A stretch of DNA of 64,000 nucleotides from Phaeosaccion multiseriatum (lineage: Eukaryota; Protista; Ochrophyta, other classes), in contig OZ218962.1 of the NCBI GenBank assembly GCA_965112735.1, positions 2,232,001-2,296,000 of the forward strand. Direction: 5' to 3'. The notes under the pieces are model-generated. The model worked only from the letters and a program-made list of their open reading frames with translations, ran no database searches and was not told the DNA's origin. Position numbers and translations under genes: made by a program. Positions within the stretch are counted from its first letter, which is position 1. Each line of letters starts with the position of its first letter. Positions 1 through 12,108 of this stretch are shown here, piece by piece.

Positions 1-861
1 GCAGGGAAGGGAGACAAGGAAAAGAGGGAGGAGCGCTCGCCCACACGGGCCAGAGAAGAGGACCACGCGGATGTTGAGGGTGGGGCGAAAATCCTTTTCC
101 TGTGGCAGCTCTCTCTCTCTCTCCTTCATGGGCGAGCTCGTACTCACTCACTCACTCACTCACTCACTCACTCACTCACTCACTCACTCACTCACTCACT
201 CACTCACTCACTCACTTGACAAAGAAGGGACACACAGTCCCTAGAGTGGCATGCGAGTTAGCAATCTCTATCCCCAGCTTCTCCGCAAGCTCTTCCCCTG
301 GAGTCTGCCCTCCCCCCTTGGGTGCCTGACCTCCTCCCTCGGCTGTCTGACTTCCCCCCTCGGGCCTCGCTGACGCACACCCACCGCCACGACTGCGACT
401 ACTTGCAGCAGCACTGCATGGGTCAGTGGGCTCCTCCTCCTCCTCCTTCTCCTCCTCCTCCTCCTCCTCCTCCTTCTGCTGTATCATCAACTGCTCCTGC
501 TGCCCTCTGTCGACAGAGCACCCCGCCAGGGCAGGGGGGTACCACTTCCGTGTGCGAATGTCCATCAAGTTCATCCCCGACGCATCGCTGCAGTCAATGG
601 GAGCATAGTCCCCCAGAAACAGGGAGGGGAGGAAGGAGGACACCAGCGCCACCCGCTCCGTAGCCGAGTATACATCCGGCTCACAGTTGGCGATTTTCCG
701 TATCTGCAGCCCGCTGAAACGGCAATAGGCCTTTGATCCGGTGGCGTCTGCGAGGGCTTGGGCTCCTCCGACGGAAGCCTGCAAGTGGTCGCATTCTTCT
801 GTGGTGCTGGAGTCCGCCCAAATTGGGCTCGCTCGGCGAGAGAAGCAGCCTGAAAAACAAA

Positions 862-900
<39 letters not shown>

Positions 901-1096
901 AAAGTATAATGGGCTTGGGCGAAGATGGTGATGGGAGGGAGGGGGAGAGGGGGAGGAAGGGGGGTAAGAGTGAGGGTGAGGGTGAGGGTGATGGTGGGGG
1001 ATAGCGTGAGAGCGAAGGTGAGGGTGTGTGTGAGGGATGAGGATGAGGATGAGGGTGAGGGTGAGGGTGAGGATGAGGATGAGGGTGAGGGTGAAG

Positions 1097-1129
<33 letters not shown>

Positions 1130-1961
1130 AGGATGAGGATGAGGGTGAGGGTGAAGACTCGAGAGCGACGACGCACCCTCAAGGGCGTCTTTGAGCGTAG
1201 TGCGTTGGTCGGCTTGAACCTGCCCTTGGCCCAAGCAATGCTGCTGCTGCTGCTGCTGCCCTTGGCCTGCACAGTGCTGAAGCCTCTCTTGCAGTCGCTG
1301 GCGGGCTCCTCTCTTGGAATAAGGTGGTTACACCGCAAGGTGTCAGCGGCAGAGGAGGAGGGTCAGTTCGTTGATTGCATTGATTGGCCGTGAACTGAAG
1401 CAATAGAGAGGGCCATCATCTCAAGGTACGAAGTGGAGAGTTTGGGGCTTGACTTTGAACCTAGACCCCTCGGGAAAGGTCCCTCCTGCACTCACTCACT
1501 CGCCCACTCTCTCTCTCACTCTCGCTAACTCTCTCACTTTTGCTCTCTCTCGCACTCACTATCGCGCTCACTCACTCAATCACTGAACCACACACACACT
1601 CACTCACCTTCTCTCACTCATTCACTCACCCACTCACCTTCCAATACACCGTGCCATGCTGTTGGCCACTGAAGGAGACGGCCTTGACCTTCGGCATAAG
1701 TGGATGTCGGACCAAGCGAACGAGGCCCATATCGAGCGCGTCGAGCCACATCGTGACTGGGGAAGTTACAATTGAGAGGTCTTTGCCCGATACATGCATG
1801 CCCGCCTTCGTGTTATAGTGCGGAAGGCACTCGTCGAAGCTGACGGACTCCACTGCTTTCACCTCATAATCGCCTGCTGCAACCCCAAAGGACAGCAGAA
1901 TGATTGTGCAGCTTTGCGTGCTTAGGTCGACTCCCATGTAGACGTCATCTTCTTCCCCCAT
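1..1961 (-). CDS. XYLB: Xylulose kinase (FGGY family carbohydrate kinase), multi-exon, 3' part runs off the left window edge
   Basis: Exon 1638-1961 reads MGEEDDVYMGVDLSTQSCTII...VKAVSFSGQQHGTVYWK. Exon 216-849 reads CFSRRASPIWADSSTTEEC...ATGSKAYCRFSGLQIRK...TERVALVSSFLPSLFLGDYAPIDCSDASGMNLMDIR. These are characteristic eukaryotic xylulokinase motifs with GT..AG introns. The middle exon (~1177-1485) is not fully resolved. Confidence 0.9.
143..215. repeat. (CTCA)n microsatellite in xylulokinase intron
   Basis: Direct tetranucleotide tandem repeat. Confidence 0.95.
968..1154. repeat. (GAGGGT/GAGGAT)n hexamer microsatellite in xylulokinase intron
   Basis: Direct tandem repeat; source of the spurious poly-HP and poly-VR ORFs. 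Confidence 0.9.
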
Positions 1962-2648
1962 CTTGTCAACTTGCTGCTGAATGCTACCCGATCTCTCTCC
2001 CTTTCCCCCCCTCCCTCTTCTCCCTGAGTCCCCCCTGAGTTTAATTGAAGTGAAGAAAGTGAAGTAAGTGAAGTGAGTCCAAGTTGAAGGGGAAGGGGGG
2101 GGCGAGTGAAGTAAGTGAAGTAAGGGAAGAGGTAAGTTGAAGGGGGGAGGCGAAAGCAGAGCAGTTGGTGATCCAGCCCGGCTTCCTCGGATAATCGGAC
2201 AATCTTCTCTCCCCCTCTCTTCCCTTCTCAAGGCACGCACATTCGTCCTCCCCACCACCTCTTGCTTGACGCTGGCCTTTGACGCTGGTCTGCTGTTGTC
2301 ACGACAGAGCCGTTTGGGCTCTGGAGGGGAAGCGGGGAAGGTACCCTCGAGCACGTGCTCGAGCGATGATGAGCGAGGAGAGGGAGAGAGGGATGCAGGG
2401 ACGGCGCTGGCGTGGTACGACAAGAGCTTTAAGCAGGAGGCTTCGGGCTGGAGCAATAGCAACGAAGACCTCCTGCTCTTACTCAAGGCCGTCCTCTGCA
2501 CGGCCGATCTGTTTTTTCCCTCCAGATCCCAGAGGTTGCTGTTCCTCTCGTCCCAGCAGGCAGGTGTGTTTTGTAACCGTAGCTCAGGCAGCTCTTTCAC
2601 ACTCAAGCTCACATCCTCTGAATGCAAAGACGTATGATGCAAAAAAGC

Positions 2649-5600
2649 ATGGCGCTCGCTCTTCTAACCCTCATCCTCTCTGCAAGCGTAGTAGGCGCTT
2701 CATCAGCCCAAGCCAGCAGGGAGGGCAAGGAGCAGGCCGACTTTTTACAGAGTGCCTCCCGAGGATTGCAGAGAGAGCTTAAAAGCGCGAAGGTATGTGT
2801 TCTTTCTCTCTCCTCTCTGTCGCCCTTTGTCCGCTCCTCCCCCTTGCACTGTCTAACTGTTGCCGGCCTTGCATCTCTCTGAACTGCTCTCTTGAAGGAC
2901 CACAAGGCCGTACTCTTCGATGACTGGAAGGGTGATTTTCACGGACGTCCTGGTAGCTCCAGCACCTGCCTAGCCGATGTGAGTCGAGTCATCCAGTCCA
3001 GTCCCTGCGGTACTAAACTTGTCCCTCTGAGTCCTCACCCTCGTGTCTCTGTGCAGAAGAAACCTTAGCAAGGCATCACTTTCCCCGTCCGCCTCACATC
3101 GCCTGCTGTCTGCCTACCTAACCGTCTGACCATCTACCGGCTCGCCTCGCCCCCCCTCCCCTCCCCGTGTCCCTCTACCTCTCAACAAGGCCGCACACCA
3201 TTTACAAAAGGAGCTTACTGAGCTCAACTTCTTCACCATGGTGTACTCGGTGTCCTCGTGGCGCCACCCGCCCACCAACGGGGACGAGACATCCAAACTG
3301 CTGGACAAGTTCAAGTACATTGGCAACTTCCACAAGACTCTTCCCCACAACAACTATGGTGAAAGAGCGTTCCAAAATTTGCAGCGGGCACAAAGAACGC
3401 TACTAAGAATACCCTCCTTTCCTTCCCTTCCCTTCCCTTCCCTTAGGCGAAGTGGACCCAGCCGCCTACGAGTTTATGGTGATGCATTGCATTGAAAAGG
3501 GGGAGTTTGACAGCTGTAGCAGCGTACCGGGAGGAAGCGGAGATGGCACCTTCCCCTTAGCCAACCCCATGGGAAGCCAGTACATTCCGGCCCAGGGTAA
3601 GAGCAACAGCAGGAAAGTGAGTGATCCCGCCGCCCTCCTCCTGATGCTGTTGCTGCTGTTCACTCTATTTTAGGCTTGATGCCCTTCGCCATCAACACCC
3701 CCCCTCCGCCATCTGTGACGAGTGCCTCGCTGGCGACCATGTGGGCAGAGACCGCTTGGATGGCGCTCCTCAGAGACGTGCCCTTCTCGGAGTACTCGAC
3801 CGACCCGATGGCCCGGATGGCAGCAGAAGACCTCGCCCGTATGCCGGGGTACCGAAACGATAACACCAACTGGCGCCCAGGTGGGGAGCGAGCAATGGGC
3901 TCACTTTGCTTGCCGAGACAAGACACATGGGAATTTGAAGTTTAGCTGACTCCTCCTGTTGCTGCTTGTTCCAACCCCCAACCCCGCTGTCAGCCATGGT
4001 CAACGGCGCTGTCGACCCCGCCCAGCTCTTCCGCTACCATGTGCAGGGCGGGCTTGATGGACCCATGGTCGGTGTGGGGTTTCTCTCTCTCTCTACCTCT
4101 CTACCTCTGTCTCTACCTCTCTGTATCTCTCCCTCTCTTTCTCTCTCTCTCTCTCTATCTCTCTCTCTTCTCTCTCTCTGCCTCTCTCACGTCTCTCTCT
4201 CTGCCCAGCTCACACAATCAGTTCAGCCCTTCCCCTCAAAGTACGCACGCCCTTCCAATCGCACGCACGCACGCACACACGCACGCCCCCATAAAAGGTG
4301 TCCCAATTCCTGCTGCACCCCTACACGATGGACGGCATCACTGTGGACCCCAAGATCACCACTGCGATGCCCAACAACGACTACATGACGACCGTGGAGT
4401 CCTGGCTCAACGTTCAGAACGGGGGAGATCAGTCTGGGAACTACTTCGAGACCGACCCCGTTCGGAGGTGGGTATGGGCAGGCGTATGGGCAGGCAGGAC
4501 ATCGCAGCAGAGAGTTGGGTATGACTTACGTCTAATCTAACAAGCAACCCCCTCCCTTCCTCCTCCCTCTGTGGTGGGTCGCAGATATCCCCGCAATGCC
4601 CGAGACTTGGCCACCATCGCCATTTCGGACCAAGTCACCAGCGGATACGTGCGAGCCGCCAACATCGCGGGCATGCAACCGGGAAGGCTTACGGAACCCT
4701 ACGCCGAGGAGACTCGTCAAGGTAAGCTGCTTGGAAAGGCGAGTCTCAACGCAGCCCATCACGCGCTCTGAATTCTCTCCTCCTCCCGCCCTCTCTCCCT
4801 CCCCCTTCCACCGTAACGTCGCCTCGTCCGATGACGTCATCAGTCGGCTTCGTGACGGGTGGACTCGCCCGCTTCATTGCCCAAGTCAATGGTGCCGCCG
4901 GAGCAGCAGGACCTCACGCTTGGTAAGCTTTGCACAGCGCCGAGATGTATGAATGTATTGCCGCTGCAGCTCTTTGCTTGGTCCGACCTGACTTGACCTG
5001 ACTTGAGCTTGGTCCGACCTGACTTGACATGACTTGACCTGACTTCCTCGTTGGTTACTTCTCTTGACGTAGGTACAACAAATGGAATGTGCATCGCCTG
5101 CTCCGCCCGGAGGCCTTCGGAGGCCTCGTGCACATGACCATGACCGGTGCCAAGGAGTACCCCCTGCACGACTCGCTGCTGCACTCGAACTCGACCGTTC
5201 TGAGAGAGCTCAATGCCAAGTGGGGCAGCTTCCTCCTTCCTCAGGTGAGACGAAAGGGGAAGTCTGTGCAGCCGTTTCAGTACCCTGACTCGTACCCGTA
5301 TTCCTCCAACAGGTCAACGGCGGTGGTAGTCCCACACACCCCTCCTACCCGGCGGGGCACGGGGTATTCGCCGGAGCTTGCGTCACTGGTGAGTGATGGC
5401 AGTGGATGGGGGGGAGGGGAGGGTGGAGGGCAGGTGCAGATGTGCTTACCTACTCCCTCCCCTCCCTTCCTCTGCAGTGCTCAAGGCGTATCTAGACCCC
5501 ACCGGGGACAGGTGCTTCCCAAACGAGATCCTCGTGTCTAGCCCCGATGGTGAGAGCCTCGAGACCTACTTGGGCCCTGTGCATGGCTCCTGCATGAGGA

Positions 5601-6059
5601 GTACCTACGAATACGGCGCACAAGAGGAGAGGGGGTTGAGCATCACAGGAGAGCTGAACAAGTTGGCTCATAACATCGTCGCCGGTCGAGAAATGCTGGG
5701 AGTGCACTACCGCTGTGACGGCGTGGAGGGCATGAAGCTGGGGGAGGAGGTGGCGATGGCTTACTTGCAGGATGAGCTTGATCGACAGGTGGGGGGGCGG
5801 TGTGGAGGCTCCTGGTTTCACACACTCACACACTCACTCACACACTCACTCACACACTCACACAGTCACGAACTCACTCACCTCACTCACGCACGCAACC
5901 TCACTGCATGCCCAACCTGCCTGTCCGCCTGCCTATGCCCCACAGCCTGAGTGCTCGGGTGCCCACTACCGCTTCCGGGCCTTCGATGGCGAAGATGTGA
6001 CCATCTCCAGACGAACGCGGTGTGATGCCTTCGAAGCCTGCAAGAACGGTGCTTATTAA
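2649..6059 (+). CDS. Secreted vanadium-dependent haloperoxidase (brown-algal vBPO/vIPO type), copy 1, multi-exon
   Basis: Signal peptide MALALLTLILSASVVGA. Spliced exons give RHPPTNGDE..KYIGNFHKTLPH, LANPMG, ETAWMALLRDVPFSEY, LFRY..GLDGPM|VSQFLL, RYPRNARDLA, WYNKWNVHRLLRPEAFGG, GSPTHPSYPAGHG and GELNKLAHNIVAGREMLGVHYRCDG (all three vanadate-binding motifs). Stop TAA at 6057-6059. Confidence 0.93.
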
Positions 6060-6266
6060 GGATCGACTAACAACACAAGAACAACAGCAATTGCCGCGAT
6101 GATCCGGAGGAGCGAAAGAGCGTTTAGTTTAGTTTATATGGAGATAGACTTACGACTGTGTATTGAATGAACCTAAAGTAGCCACCACCATTCTTAAGGT
6201 ATTCTTGAGCAGACACCGCTTGCCTCCCCTCCACATGTCCTCCACATGTCCCTCCACTGTTCACCT

Positions 6267-6843
6267 TAACTACCATGCCATGCTGGAGTTTGAGTCCACT
6301 TGGTGCCACACTCCGACCAACGGAGACGATTCAGGACTGTCGGACGACTTCAAATACATTGGCAACTTCCACGAGACCCTTGCCCACATGTGGAGGTCCC
6401 TGGCTTCACTCACCCACTCACATACACTGTCACTGACTCAGTCAGTCAGTCAGTCACTCACTAACTCACTCACTCACTCACTCACTCACTCCCTCCCTCC
6501 CTCCCTCCCTCCCTCCCTCCCTCCCTCCCTCCCTCCCTCCCTCCCTCCTTCCTTCCTTCCTTCCTTCCTTCCTTCCTTCCTTCCTTCCTTCCTTCCTTCC
6601 TTCCTTCCTTCCTTCCTTCCTTCCTTCCTTCCTTCCTTCCCTTCCTCCCTCCCTCCCTCCCTCCCTCCCACGCACCCACCCTCACTGCTTGCCCTGCTTG
6701 CCCTTGTGCCTGCCTATGCGCCACAGCCTGAGTGCTCGGGCGCCCACTACCGCTTCAAGGCCTTTAACGGCGAAGACATTACCCTCTCTACTAGACGAAC
6801 GCGGTGTGATGCCTTTGTAGCCTGCAAGAACGGTGCTTACTAA
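6267..6843 (+). pseudogene. Internally deleted vHPO remnant (exon-3 fragment fused to last intron and last exon)
   Basis: HTPTNGDD..DDFKYIGNFHETLAH is followed at 6389 by TGTGGAGG, which matches the last intron of copies 1 and 2. The terminal exon PECSGAHYRF..RRTRCDAFVACKNGAY* follows. No signal peptide and no catalytic motifs. Confidence 0.8.
6430..6670. repeat. Compound (TCAG)/(CTCA)/(CCCT)/(CCTT)n microsatellite
   Basis: Direct tetranucleotide tandem repeats. Confidence 0.9.
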
Positions 6844-7218
6844 GCAGCCACAACGACAACCAAAGCACCAACAGCCGACGACAACCAAAGCACCAACGGC
6901 CGCCTGCCAAAGAGAGGTTTACGGATGATGGGATCCATGATTTTTTGATGATCCGCCCCCCCGCCCAGTGGTGTGATATCATACTTTTCACTGTTACTCA
7001 ATCAAGTATACAATGATTAAATCAAAACAATGCTCGTGGCCTGAAGGTCGGCTCCCGACACCTTAGCCTTCCATAAAAATCCCTGTTCATGCACATTATC
7101 TATTCGATTGCTCGCGAAAAAACTGTGAATTTGATCACGGTCCCGTCGTGATCCATAATCTAACTGCTTTCAATAGTGCGTGCGCTGGTCAGCTCGATGA
7201 CACGCACCCAACGCATCA

Positions 7219-9024
7219 TCAGTTGCCATCCTCTTCTTCCGATTCCGCCGGTAGCACTTGGGGACGGGACCCCCAACTCTTGACACGTGCTCTACTTTCG
7301 CCATCCAACTTCGTCTTGACGTGACAGTGAGGCAGGGAGGAAGACCCAGCCTCCATCGGACCATCACCACCTTTTTGTCCAGCGACGGCGATAGAAGTAC
7401 TCACACGAATCACTGGCTCCAAGTCCTCTCCCTGATCCATCGCCTCTGAAACCCCGCTCTCACTCTCCTCATCCTCCTCCGCATATGCATCAATGAGACG
7501 GAGATCTTCGGCCAAGGTGCTCGATATCGTCTTTGCCAGCTTCGTCGTCGTCATCGTCGTCGTGCGCACGGGAGGAGTCCGCTGCGACTCCCTCTCGCCC
7601 AAAGCCGGTAGAGTGGGTTCGTCTTCTCCACTTCTTGCGACACTCCATCTGACATTCCTTCCGTATCCTCCTCCTGCTGCTGCTGCTGCTGCTCCTCTAA
7701 CTCCTCCTCCTCCTGCTCCTCCTGCTCCCTTTGATTTCCCCCCTTCACTCCGAAGCAGACTGCTCCGCATGACGAAGGTAAACGCCATGACTTCCCACAA
7801 GGCGCAAAATAGGATGCAGGGTAAAACGTTCACAATAGGCCGCGCCCGTCCCCACGACTTTATCGGCTCAATGGAAAAGAAGCCGCTCATAAAGATCACG
7901 CCGGCCCCGCAGAAGATGGCATAGGCTCGAACGAAGGAACACTCCATTCGCACTCTCTTGCGACTGGCTGCGTTGGCAGTGGGCGAGGTGGGCGGGGGAG
8001 TAGCAGCAGCAGCAGCAGCAAGATGCGGTGCCCGAATGCTGGTGGAGATGTTCCTTTTCAGCTCCGAGAAGGATGCCCCACTGGTGAGACTACGATGCAT
8101 CTTCGTACCTCCCCCCCCAGGCTCCGACTCCTCGGTCTTCGTCTCGGCTGGTCTCGCCGTCAACGTTACTACGGAGTTTCTGCCCCCCCTGTTGGAACTG
8201 GTCGTGTCCAGAAGGGTGAGCATACTCGAGCAGGCAGCCGACAGCCCGCCCACGACGGCCATAATGAAGGGCACGGTGCCGAGCATGAGCAACCAAAAGG
8301 TGGTTGATCCTGGCTTGAAGCCTAGAACCACACATCCAGAGCCCCAAAACAGCGTTGAGGAGCCAAGGTACAAGTGCCACTTCTCTGTGGCGACCTTCTG
8401 CAGCTGCAGCATGCGGGGGCTCTTGAAGAGTAAACTCCTGGGCAGAGCCCCGATCCACAGCATGCCCGATATGTAGGCAGTCAAACAGCTCAGCCAGACG
8501 CCTAAAAAGACCAGACTCCAGTATAAACCTTCGTCGAGGCTTCCCCACCCTCCAATCTTCCGAATGGGGCAAACCATGCTGATCAGCGTCATTACCAGAG
8601 AGATGCACGTGCCGAGAAGTCGCAGTCGCATTGCTCCCCCCCCTTTCTGCTGCTGGCGGTGACCTGCGGGTCGGAGAAGAATGCTGAGCATGTTCGAGGT
8701 CGTATCCCCGTCTGCTCGTACCGCACTGAGCTTCAGCCGTGCAATTTTCCAGTACCGCAACGAAAGCACGAACCCGATGTGGAGCAGGTGGAGGCATTGT
8801 ACAGTAAGCAACAGGCCAAGGGCGGTGTGCATGAAAGCCTTGGACACACACGCCGGATTGCCGTACAGGTCCGTATCGAAGTACCCCTCCCCGCAGCCAA
8901 CACACTGAGGACTGGATGCTCCTCCTCCTCCCTCATCGCAGGTCCCATTAGCATTGTCGCTTACGAACCAAAACGTCCTCGCCGCTTCGTCCCTGCACGA
9001 GCTCACACATCCGCTGCTACTCAT
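7219..9024 (-). CDS. Intronless seven-transmembrane (GPCR-like topology) protein with N-terminal Cys-rich EGF-like module, paralog A
   Basis: Long ORF. Likely start MSSSGCVSSC (ATG 9022-9024) by alignment to the paralog at 21182. Seven hydrophobic segments, a long Ser/Thr-rich loop between TM5 and TM6, and a long polar C-tail. Confidence 0.75.
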   Translation of the reverse strand: MSSSGCVSSCRDEAARTFWFVSDNANGTCDEGGGGASSPQCVGCGEGYFDTDLYGNPACVSKAFMHTALGLLLTVQCLHLLHIGFVLSLRYWKIARLKLSAVRADGDTTSNMLSILLRPAGHRQQQKGGGAMRLRLLGTCISLVMTLISMVCPIRKIGGWGSLDEGLYWSLVFLGVWLSCLTAYISGMLWIGALPRSLLFKSPRMLQLQKVATEKWHLYLGSSTLFWGSGCVVLGFKPGSTTFWLLMLGTVPFIMAVVGGLSAACSSMLTLLDTTSSNRGGRNSVVTLTARPAETKTEESEPGGGGTKMHRSLTSGASFSELKRNISTSIRAPHLAAAAAATPPPTSPTANAASRKRVRMECSFVRAYAIFCGAGVIFMSGFFSIEPIKSWGRARPIVNVLPCILFCALWEVMAFTFVMRSSLLRSEGGKSKGAGGAGGGGVRGAAAAAAGGGYGRNVRWSVARSGEDEPTLPALGERESQRTPPVRTTTMTTTKLAKTISSTLAEDLRLIDAYAEEDEESESGVSEAMDQGEDLEPVIRVSTSIAVAGQKGGDGPMEAGSSSLPHCHVKTKLDGESRARVKSWGSRPQVLPAESEEEDGN

Positions 9025-9306
9025 CCTCAGGCGGCTAGCCCGCGGACCACCACGCTTTCCAACCCTGGATTCCGTACACACACCATTTTCATGGCACGAT
9101 TCTTTGTGTGCAGGAGAGACGAATTTATAGGTGCTGCTGTATGTAGATGCTGCTGGGAGAAACCACACTACTCATAAGAGGGAAAATAAGGGGATACATA
9201 TGTAAATGAAACCGCTGGAACGGGAAAGGGGGATGTTGGACATCTACGTCCACTCACAGATGGCGTATTCCTCTTCCTCCAGATTTTCCTCTAAACGAGC
9301 GGAAAG

Positions 9307-11079
9307 ATGAACGCTGTCCGTCGAGCTGTGGCTCGCACGAGTCTAGGCGTCAGCGGAAGAAGCAGCGCTAGTAGCAGCAGCATTCTCAACCCCCAGACAT
9401 GCAGTAGCAGCAGCAGAAGTAGCACGAGCACATGTTATTCTGGAGGCGCCCCTTCCCCTTCCAACCCCCAGCAAGTCCGTGCTTTCTCGAATCTGGCCAC
9501 AATGCTAGACTGCCGACGCTCTTCTCCCAACAAGGAAGATTCCCGACTTCACGGCGGAAGAAGTAAAGATCTATCGAGGAAAGAGTCCTTCTCCACGCAG
9601 AAGGCACCTTCCGAGGACGACAAAGAGCAGCTGGTGAACACGGAACGACTCCTCCGAGAGCAGCTTGAGGAGAGGATGGCAGCACTTCCCTCCAGCACCA
9701 GCAGCGAAGGAACATCAACCGGGCAGAAGATGACAGCCGAAGAGTTGGTACGTGTTTGAAGAGGTAGATCTGAAATCCCCCATCCCCTATCACTAACTCG
9801 TAGCCGCCCGCTTCTCTCTCTCGCCCCTCTTTCCTTCCGCTCTTACGTACTCCCTCATTCCACGTACCCAATCCCCCCTCTTTCACCCCCGTTCTCTCTT
9901 TCTGCCGCTGCCACTGCTGCTGGCATTGCTAATACCACTGCTGCTGCTGCTGCTGCTGCTGTTGCTGCTACTGCCCCTCCTCTTCCTCATCCTCCTCCTG
10001 CTGCTGCCACTGCTGCTTTGCTTCCTCCTCCCTCCTTCCAGAAACTCTCCAGCAACTTTGCAGTGAACCTGGGTCGAATGGCCGTACTGCACCGGTCCGT
10101 GGGGCAAATCACTGAAGCAGAGCGCCTCCTGCAGGAGAGCTTGGAGCTCTCCCGTCAGGTGCATGGCAACAACCACCCCCATGTTGCTGTTACACTCAAC
10201 GAGCTGGCGCAGCTGTACCGATCCGTGGGGCAGGTAGAGAGGGCAGAGGCCGCCCTACGAGAGAGTTTGCGTGTGTTCCGGGTCGTTTGCGATGGAGACG
10301 ATGCAAGCCCACATGTTGCAGTAGCGCTGCAAGAGCTTGCTCTTTTGCTGACATCACTTCCTGCTGGCACATCTAGTGGTGGCGGAGGAGGAGGAGGGGG
10401 TCGTGACAAGGCGCAGATCTTTGACGAGGCGGAGGGCCTGCTGCTCGAGAGCCTGGCACTCAAGAGTAAGGTCGCGGGGGAAGAATCCGGCAATGTCGCC
10501 TTGACGCTCGGACATCTCGGTGTGCTGCACAGAAACCACATTGCTGATGGGACGGGAGGGCAGTTTCTGGAGTCAGAGAGGATGTTTCGGGAGAGCCTGG
10601 CCATTTTCAGGAAGAATGCGGAGGAAGGAGGAGGAGGAGGAGGAGGAGGAGGAGGAGGAGAGACGTCATCTGCTGCTTCATCCTCCTCCCCTGCGGGGCG
10701 CCATGTTGCCATCACAGCGGGAGAGCTCGCTTTACTGCTGCGGGACTTTTCGGCTCCCAGTGAGGAAGGGCAGGGGCAAGGGCCACGCAGCAGCGGCGCG
10801 CAGCTGCAGGAGGCGGAGAGTTTGTTTCGCGAGAGCCTCTCTTTGAAGCGCAGGGAGCTCGGTGAGGAGTCAGTACATGTTGCCATGACGCGACAGGAGC
10901 TGGGCGTGCTGCTGCTGGCCAAGGCAGGGGGAGGGGAGGAAGAGGGGGCGTTGGAGGAGGCGGAGGGGCTTTTTCGGAAGAGCTTGGCCGTTCTGGAACG
11001 TTCTTTCCCGGGGGGCCATCCTCGAGTGCTCGCCGCCTCCACCGCCTTGCAAGACGCAGTTCAGCGCCGACAGCAGTGA
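9307..11079 (+). CDS. Tetratricopeptide-repeat protein (kinesin-light-chain-like TPR_10/TPR_12 repeats), possible mitochondrial presequence; 2 exons (9307-9747, 10042-11079)
   Basis: Repeats such as HPHVAVTLNELAQLYRSVGQVERAEAALRESL and AEGLFRKSLAVLERSFPGGHP; Arg/Ser-rich N-terminus MNAVRRAVARTS; GT..AG intron. Confidence 0.85.
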
Positions 11080-12108
11080 CCGCAGCAGCAGTAGCACCAA
11101 CGGCAGTACTTGGGTGGGGACTGACGTTTTCTCCAGCTCTTTGAACACCATTGGACGCCAACGCAGAAAGGCCAGGGAAAAGCGAGGCTGGACCCTTTTT
11201 TTGGGCAGGACCGGGGAGGAGGGGGGAGGGCTTGAATGCTCTGATAAGCTGAGGCTGTGATGAAGAGCGTCCCACACATCCTTTGGTCTCTGTGGCATCC
11301 TCTGTCGGTGGCGTCAGAGGTGCATGGGCGTGTATCATTGATGCCTCCCCACCACCGAGCAATCCGTGTGGAAGCACCACGAGAGCATGCAGACTGGTGC
11401 TGTGGCTGTTGGTTCTCCACAAGGAGGAGTATGAGGAGCCTGGGAAGCTGAGAAGCCTGCCTACAAATGGGACGCAGAGGCCTACAGAGGCCTACAGAGG
11501 TTCGATGTAAAAGGAAGGATGGCCATGCGAAGGCGAGAGCGTGTTGAGAGTAGCGTGCTTCTCCCCTGTGCGGCGCCTCTGATACCGGACCACGTTGCAT
11601 GCATGTGCCTGTGCTTGTCGAGTAAAAGCGAGGTCGAGCGAAGGAATCACAATCAATCGTTTGTGAATATGCACCATCTCGGCCCACGATCAGGCTCCCT
11701 CCCGCCACACGGACGCCCACACACGCGGGGAACTCACGCACGCACTCACACACACTCACACATTCACGCGCGGACACCTCACACATGCAGCACGCCTCAC
11801 ACCCACTCACGCACCCACGCACACACAGGTAGCTTCGGCACCAGACCAGAGTAGAAGGAGGGAGAAACTGACCACGTCACTTGGACCAAGCCTACAGCCT
11901 TCTAGCCTGGGCATGAGAGGATAGCGCTTCCACCTACGTCGAGGAGGTCGAAGGAGGTTGAGAGCGTTCTCGTGCCGCCGCCGGATGATCCACAGTTTCA
12001 ATTTTTTTGGTGTTGGGAATCTTCCTCACCTGCTACTGGTCTGTGGCTTGAGGATCTTCGCGTCCGTTGCGACTCACTCACTCACTCTCTTCCCTCCCTT
12101 CACAAACC

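Noticed and set aside
1962-2642. 5' extension of the 338-aa minus-strand ORF upstream of the xylulokinase Met
   Set aside because: Homology starts at MGEEDDVYMGVDLSTQ; the extension is low-complexity and covers the divergent promoter region up to vHPO1.
3057-3120. Possible extra small exon in vHPO intron 2 (AG followed by similar sequence in all copies)
   Set aside because: Exon 2 joins exon 3 directly in frame (CLAD|AAHHLQKEL, CQAE|AAYQLQKEL, CRAS|AVYGLQKEL), and the in-frame reading in copy 1 hits a stop.
11080-12060. ORFs between the TPR gene and vHPO2
   Set aside because: Short, overlapping on both strands, no recognisable motifs; probably UTR or promoter sequence.
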